Origin: a virus
Taxonomy: Duplodnaviria; Heunggongvirae; Uroviricota; Caudoviricetes
Length of the DNA: 38,196 nt
Strand: one strand, 5' to 3'
Virus record (IMG/VR): IMGVR_UViG_3300029267_003506
Each line of letters begins with the position of its first letter. Within the stretch, counting starts at the first letter, position 1. The translations under genes were made by a program, and so were the position numbers. The notes under the pieces were generated by a model. The model was not told the origin of the DNA. It was given only the letters and a program-made list of their open reading frames with translations, and ran no database searches. Shown here one piece after another: positions 33,172 to 38,196 of the stretch.

Positions 33172-33726
33172 TTATTTCTCATTCCGTCTCAGGGCTTTTG
33201 CCTCTGAGCAATCTTCTTTTCTTTTCGCTGCTCTCATTTTTTCCAACCATTCCTTACTAACAGCCTTCTTGACAGGGCGCAGGCTTCCGTCTTCCGGCTG
33301 TTCCAGTTCGGTCAACTTGATGTCGCCTTCATCGCCCGTGTACTCAAATGCGCGATATTTCTCCTGCCACAAAAGTTCGAGACCTGTTTTGGTGAACTTT
33401 CGCGCCACAGCAATCCCGACGGTACGGTGCCAGTGCCCCGTCGAGCGCCCTCGCACATCCATCACAGTGACCGCTTTTTTCAATTGCCCAACAACCTCGT
33501 GGTCCCCAACCTCGCTCTTCAGTTCCAAGACGTAGCAAGTCACATCCTCGGGCACTCTGTAAGCATCCCACTTGTCCTGGAAGACAAGGTCCGCTCGCTC
33601 TGGGCTGAGGTTATCGAACTGGAATTCCATGCCCCTCATCCATATACTATCCAAGCCCAGGGCCTGTCTCAGGGTATCCGCGTTGAAGAAAAGCTCACGG
33701 AGAACGCTCTTGTGTTGCTGCCTCAA
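33172..33726 (-). CDS. PD-(D/E)XK nuclease (NucS C-terminal-like)
   Basis: RADLVF...YVLELK...VVGQL...GIAVA pattern. Confidence 0.72.
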   Translation of the reverse strand: MRQQHKSVLRELFFNADTLRQALGLDSIWMRGMEFQFDNLSPERADLVFQDKWDAYRVPEDVTCYVLELKSEVGDHEVVGQLKKAVTVMDVRGRSTGHWHRTVGIAVARKFTKTGLELLWQEKYRAFEYTGDEGDIKLTELEQPEDGSLRPVKKAVSKEWLEKMRAAKRKEDCSEAKALRRNEK

Positions 33727-34715
33727 TTAACAAGACCTCTTGACTGTGCAGTGCAATACGCCAACCTCTCAGCCACATCTGTCCGCCGCATGCGAATTAT
33801 GAGGTCCCGTGCCACCCGGAGAGCGAGCATTCCCTGGCGGTCAGCAACGCGCATCCTGAAAATATCCTCAACGGCTTCTTGGAGACGGTCGGTTGGCAAC
33901 TCAAGAATCGTGGCGACCTTTGTGTTATCCTGAACGAAGTGATTAAGAACAGCGCCTTTGAAGGCTGGCTTTTCGACCCAACTCCCTTCGATAAATTCTA
34001 CCGACTCAGGGTCTGCCTCAATCTCTCCCGTTTTTGGGTTTTTCACCATTCGCCCGCACAGTTCAGCAACGATACGCCGTACCCCATTCTCATCGACGAA
34101 GTATTGCATCAGTTCGTTGTCGAGATGTGTGCAGTTCTTCATACTGTCGTCGATTTGCTTTCCGCATTTGGAACATTGGACCCACTTGGCTAAACATCCC
34201 ATAGACATCGTTCGCAGTTCGCCACGTTCAATCCGGTCCACCAGGTCCGCATGCCTTCTGTCTACCGCCACCAGGATGTCAACGTAGACAACATCTGCCT
34301 CATCACCATTCTCACCAGCGAATTTGACAGGACGAGCCACGGCATCCAAGATAGTACCCTTGGACATTGCCGGCACTTGCAAGTGTTCGACGTAATTGTT
34401 TCGCCCGATAAAACTTCGGAAAGTCGCCAACAACACCGGCGTCGACCAGGCATTCCCGTTTGAGTTCACCAATTCGTCGCACGGTGGCTCGATGTAGTAG
34501 TGATTTGAAGCGACTTTGACAGACGAAACAATGGTAGAGTGCGCAAACAAAAACTTGTCTCGTGTGAACGTCTTCCAATCCACAGAGAGCCTACGATCAG
34601 CGGCAATGCGAACATGACCGCGCGTCAGTTGTCCCCAATCGCGTTGCGGATTCCTCAAGATTGTCGCGACGGGTAGATTCAGATTGCGCAACCTATCGCC
34701 TCGCCGACCTGTCAT
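33723..34715 (-). CDS. Probable prohead protease
   Basis: Position before the scaffolds and capsid; NNYVEH, SMGC and EGSWVEKPAFKGA resemble the His/Ser and C-terminal motifs of phage maturation proteases. Start reset to 34715. Confidence 0.6.
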   Translation of the reverse strand: MTGRRGDRLRNLNLPVATILRNPQRDWGQLTRGHVRIAADRRLSVDWKTFTRDKFLFAHSTIVSSVKVASNHYYIEPPCDELVNSNGNAWSTPVLLATFRSFIGRNNYVEHLQVPAMSKGTILDAVARPVKFAGENGDEADVVYVDILVAVDRRHADLVDRIERGELRTMSMGCLAKWVQCSKCGKQIDDSMKNCTHLDNELMQYFVDENGVRRIVAELCGRMVKNPKTGEIEADPESVEFIEGSWVEKPAFKGAVLNHFVQDNTKVATILELPTDRLQEAVEDIFRMRVADRQGMLALRVARDLIIRMRRTDVAERLAYCTAQSRGLVN

Positions 34716-34725
34716 GGCTCTCTCC

Positions 34726-35079
34726 TTACACGTCTGACCCGGCAATGTTTCCCTTGTCGCCGAGGTAGCGATTTCCCGTGGCACTGATGAGACTGTCACA
34801 AGCCGTTTTCTCACCAGATGTTTGGAGAGGCGTCTTCTTGATGTCACGACCGATGACCGCAATCATCTCGCCTCTGAACTCGGCATTGTTCAATGTGCCG
34901 CCAGCCGCTTGTTTGGCCTGCTCGCGGGGTTCCAGCCACGGACGTCCAGCCGTCAATGCTGAAATGAACGTGTCCGCCGCCGACTGTTCGCTGGTGCTCG
35001 GCAGATTGAAACGAAGCGAGCGTCCGACAGTGTAAACCCAGCGGGCGTATTCCCAGTTGTTGATTCCTGTTACTGCCAT
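34726..35079 (-). CDS. Hypothetical protein
   Basis: 117 aa with a GAGGAG RBS. Confidence 0.7.
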   Translation of the reverse strand: MAVTGINNWEYARWVYTVGRSLRFNLPSTSEQSAADTFISALTAGRPWLEPREQAKQAAGGTLNNAEFRGEMIAVIGRDIKKTPLQTSGEKTACDSLISATGNRYLGDKGNIAGSDV

Positions 35080-35202
35080 GTCTCTGCTCCTCTAAACGTG
35101 GAAAAGCGTAAGACCTTTTCCGTGTTCGATTCCTGCTTCAACCAGTTCAGATTCACAACGACCAGAGTCATTGTCACTGCCGTCCGCAGGCGTTGATTTC
35201 CC

Positions 35203-35433
35203 TCAAGCCAGGGGTTGCTTATTCCTCATCAAGCGGGCTAGTTGCTTCGCAGCCTTTTCGACTCGCGTTTGACCAGACTTAATCGCTGCCAAACCAAGAC
35301 CGCCCAGGATGGTCACTACTGTCTTGAAGGTCTCTGGGTCAAGCACACCATAGTGCTTCAATATTCCTGAAAGGATCAACAGGAGCGCACAAATGTGTGT
35401 TTTCCATCCATCAAGCGCTTGTAATAATTTCAT
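35203..35433 (-). CDS. Holin-like small membrane protein
   Basis: GWKTHI...two TM segments...basic C-terminus. Confidence 0.6.
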   Translation of the reverse strand: MKLLQALDGWKTHICALLLILSGILKHYGVLDPETFKTVVTILGGLGLAAIKSGQTRVEKAAKQLARLMRNKQPLA

Positions 35434-35450
35434 TCATCTGTCTCCCGAAC

Positions 35451-35714
35451 CTAGTACTTCGCGGAGTTGTTACTGCCGGCATTGTAGTTAGTGACGACAG
35501 GATTCTCACCATTGACAACCGTGCGCGCCTTGCCAGCCTGGGTGGTGTTCAAGTGATCTTCTGCCAGCGGGGCTTCCTTGTCGGCGTTTCCACTCACCCG
35601 GAAGGCGGTGAACGTGCCAGCAGGAGTCGCGACCTTGTTCATCGAGCCAAACGTTCCCTCGTCTTCACGTACACGACCAGCAACAACCTCTTGGTACTTG
35701 CGCGAATATGCCAT
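35451..35714 (-). CDS. Hypothetical protein
   Basis: 87 aa with an AGGAG RBS. Confidence 0.7.
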   Translation of the reverse strand: MAYSRKYQEVVAGRVREDEGTFGSMNKVATPAGTFTAFRVSGNADKEAPLAEDHLNTTQAGKARTVVNGENPVVTNYNAGSNNSAKY

Positions 35715-35787
35715 TTTTTTCTCCTAGCCTATTCCTGCGCCTTTGTTCGATTTACCCCAGCCCACGATGGCTAAGGGTATTTCATGC

Positions 35788-37254
35788 CTATGATTTTCCT
35801 GTTGCGGCTGCCATCACCGCGTCTTTCACGTCTCCCGGCTTCGCGCCGCTCTTGTCGCTCATGGCGTCGTACTCAGCCTTCGGGTAATACACAGCCACCA
35901 TCTTCGCTTGGCTCTGCCCCGGTCGAAATCCGTGGGGATAGTGAAAAGCCTTCCAAGGATTGGTTTCGGTCTGGGTGTCCTTGAACTTCTCAACGAAACC
36001 CTTGACCGCTTCTCCCTCTTTGACCAAATAGCCCTCCTTGGGACCTTTGGACAGAGAAGACTCTTTCTCGACGGTGTATTTGCCAACCTTCTTGGGCACA
36101 CTCCCAGCCTTCTTGGTTTTCTGAAGTTCCTGGGTCAAGATACGCTCTGTCTCCCTGGAAGTCATGCCCTTGAATCGCTTAAGATTTTGCATGGCTTTCG
36201 AGATGTTCTTTTTGACCATCTTTTCCAATTCATCCACATCATCGCCATCGCGGTATCCAACCAGACCCATGGCAATGTGATCTCCCTCGCGACCACCCTT
36301 CCAAGCGATGATGTCAGCAGAGCGAGTATGACCCATGACCAATGACCAAGAATCAACACGACTCTGGAACCGACCTTTTTTGAGATCGTCCTGTAACTGT
36401 TCCAGCATCGTGTATGGACCAGCAGCCGCCACTTTCAAAAATCGTCCAGCCATCCTACGACCTCTCCCCAGCACAACGAGATCATCATCCGGATTACCTG
36501 GCACCTGCAGAGCCTCATCGGTCACTTTGTCCGTGCTGATTTTCCACCCGCATTCCGGACAAATCCAAATGCCGATTCCCCGGGTGAAAGGCTGCAGTTC
36601 CATCTCCACGAGTTCCGGACGACAGCGAGGACAATACGCCACATCCTCATCACGTTCACGCCGGGTGCGTCGATAATGCCTGCCCGGGCCGCCATGGTAG
36701 ACAGCCATGCGCCTACCACCATGGGACGCCGTTTTTGCGTTCTGGGACTCGACGTAGAGCGCCCTAGCCAACTCCTCCATGACATTGCTTCCGCCGCTCA
36801 CAGGCTTGTCCAGACCGTGCAATTCGGGGTTGCCCACGAATTTATCCAATGGAGGGCTCGCTGCTTTACGGTTCATTCTTCCTCGGCGCGTTCTGATTTC
36901 TGGTCCTGGTTTTGCAGTGTTATCCAAGACAGTAACCATCGGCTTGGATTCTCCACTCGCGTCCTCTGGTGCCGGGTTTTCCATGACCGTTCGCTTCTGG
37001 GCTTCCCCCATTTGCCGGTCCAAATCCACTTGCTTGACCGACAACATCAGTTCATCTGGGTCATGTTGCTTCACAGGACCACCGTTCCAGGCAACGTAAA
37101 CCTTGTTTTCTGCCTTGTTTACGTCCGTCACTGTGCCCTGGAGTGAGTCACCAATGACCATCCAAGTGCCGAGGACATAGTCTCCAGGCGAGAACTGGTC
37201 AATCATGCGAGCCATCTCAGAGCGGTAGAAACTACTTCCTCGTCTTGTTCTCAT
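35788..37254 (-). CDS. Modular head/internal protein
   Basis: Domains separated by (R/K)xA motifs; contains CPRC...CPECG. Start placed at MRTRR, downstream of the promoter-like motif. Confidence 0.65.
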   Translation of the reverse strand: MRTRRGSSFYRSEMARMIDQFSPGDYVLGTWMVIGDSLQGTVTDVNKAENKVYVAWNGGPVKQHDPDELMLSVKQVDLDRQMGEAQKRTVMENPAPEDASGESKPMVTVLDNTAKPGPEIRTRRGRMNRKAASPPLDKFVGNPELHGLDKPVSGGSNVMEELARALYVESQNAKTASHGGRRMAVYHGGPGRHYRRTRRERDEDVAYCPRCRPELVEMELQPFTRGIGIWICPECGWKISTDKVTDEALQVPGNPDDDLVVLGRGRRMAGRFLKVAAAGPYTMLEQLQDDLKKGRFQSRVDSWSLVMGHTRSADIIAWKGGREGDHIAMGLVGYRDGDDVDELEKMVKKNISKAMQNLKRFKGMTSRETERILTQELQKTKKAGSVPKKVGKYTVEKESSLSKGPKEGYLVKEGEAVKGFVEKFKDTQTETNPWKAFHYPHGFRPGQSQAKMVAVYYPKAEYDAMSDKSGAKPGDVKDAVMAAATGKS

Positions 37255-37365
37255 GGCATGCCTCTCAGCGTTATTCTTTCCCAATCTGCACGGCGACACA
37301 CCACCCCGGAGGAGGCGTGCGACCTGTTGTCATTAAGCGCCGGATATAAAAAAAATATGACAATA

Positions 37366-37785
37366 CTAGAGGGTGATTTCGATTTCCCACTTTGGCGTGA
37401 AATTGCTGTCTGTTCGTTGCACTCTCTGGATATTGCTGAGGTAAAAACCTTTGATGTGTCTATCCTTGAAGTCAAACGCGAAGAGCATTTTCTTCCGTCT
37501 TCCCGTTTTCTTCTGGCGCTTGTACCGATATGAGTACGGCGCAACTTTGTACCGTTTAACCTCGCTTGTCGTGACTTTCTTGTAGCGAATGTGCATGTAT
37601 TTGCGACCGGCGGCACTCTCTCGGATGACCAGCGAAATACTACGGCGACCCACCAAGTCCCTAAAGCGCTTCTTGCCACGTCGTTGCACGCGCGCCTTCG
37701 ATTTCTGGTACTTGATGAATTCCTCGCGCGACGGAGCGGTCAATGGTCTTGCTTTTGGTGTGTAAACTTCCAAGTCTCTAGGCAT
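37366..37785 (-). CDS. WYL-like domain protein
   Basis: IRYKK...RYKVAPYSY...LFAFD...IKGFYLSNIQRV...FTPKWEIE pattern. Confidence 0.7.
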   Translation of the reverse strand: MPRDLEVYTPKARPLTAPSREEFIKYQKSKARVQRRGKKRFRDLVGRRSISLVIRESAAGRKYMHIRYKKVTTSEVKRYKVAPYSYRYKRQKKTGRRKKMLFAFDFKDRHIKGFYLSNIQRVQRTDSNFTPKWEIEITL

Positions 37786-37797
37786 TGGGTCACCTCG

Positions 37798-38196
37798 CTA
37801 GTGTTCTCTGTAACCAGCCGTCACTGCGTCATCTATGCCACTAGGAAACGGCTCTATGAGTATCTGTTCCGTGGCTGCAAGTCGATAATTTTCGTCATAG
37901 TCGGCAGAATTCCAATGCGTTATGTGCTGAGCTGGGTCGTTTGACCATGATTCGCATTGTATCCCGAGGTGTTTGTCAACGGTGTCCACGTTCTTTCCTG
38001 TGACGCTGGGATACTGCGCATACCGAATGAGCCAGTAAAAAGCCTGGCAATATTCTTGATGGACGCAAGACGAGCACCCCTGTCCAACCGGTCTGCGCAC
38101 GGTCCCCATTGTCGGATAAGGGAAAGACAGGCTCGGCGTGGTAGATGACGAAGACGACGAAGATGACGAAGAAGACGACGCCGAGGAAGAACTCCA
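37798..38196 (-). CDS. Hypothetical protein with a poly-Ser tract, 5' end outside the window
   Basis: The frame is open to the window edge: WSSSSASSSSSSSSSSSSTTPSLSFPYPTMGTV... Confidence 0.65.
   Translation of the reverse strand, partial: WSSSSASSSSSSSSSSSSTTPSLSFPYPTMGTVRRPVGQGCSSCVHQEYCQAFYWLIRYAQYPSVTGKNVDTVDKHLGIQCESWSNDPAQHITHWNSADYDENYRLAATEQILIEPFPSGIDDAVTAGYREH

Noticed and set aside
35086-35205. In-frame open stretch after the holin-like TGA (possible read-through)
   Set aside because: About 38 codons can occur by chance, and there is no read-through signal or other support.

Overview
This is a segment of a large tailed dsDNA phage or prophage-like genome, almost entirely coded on the minus strand. 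Left to right: an IS607-family element (tnpA plus tnpB, cut by the window edge); a tRNA array (16 tRNA genes, 1495-8406) interleaved with small accessory genes (CheY-like receiver, DUF4326, cytidylyltransferase, DUF5662/HD, HNH nuclease); a tail-fibre/receptor-binding region with two glycosyltransferases and a long repeat protein; a lipoprotein/metacaspase cluster; class III ribonucleotide reductase (nrdG, and nrdD carrying an intein and split in two by a homing-endonuclease-like gene); and the head module (major capsid, decoration, scaffolds, probable prohead protease). The main observations not explained by ordinary annotation are: (i) two circularly permuted tRNA-like RNAs sharing a conserved outer helix and internal-loop motif, plus a third T-arm-containing RNA; (ii) a leader-peptide attenuator upstream of the array HNH gene; (iii) a 180-bp orphan TnpB 3'-end/omegaRNA cassette; (iv) a 212-bp intragenic inversion whose reversal restores a Zn-finger/HTH gene; (v) a split nrdD; (vi) a six-copy phage promoter-like motif. 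All calls come from manual reading and motif recognition; no database search or folding program was run.
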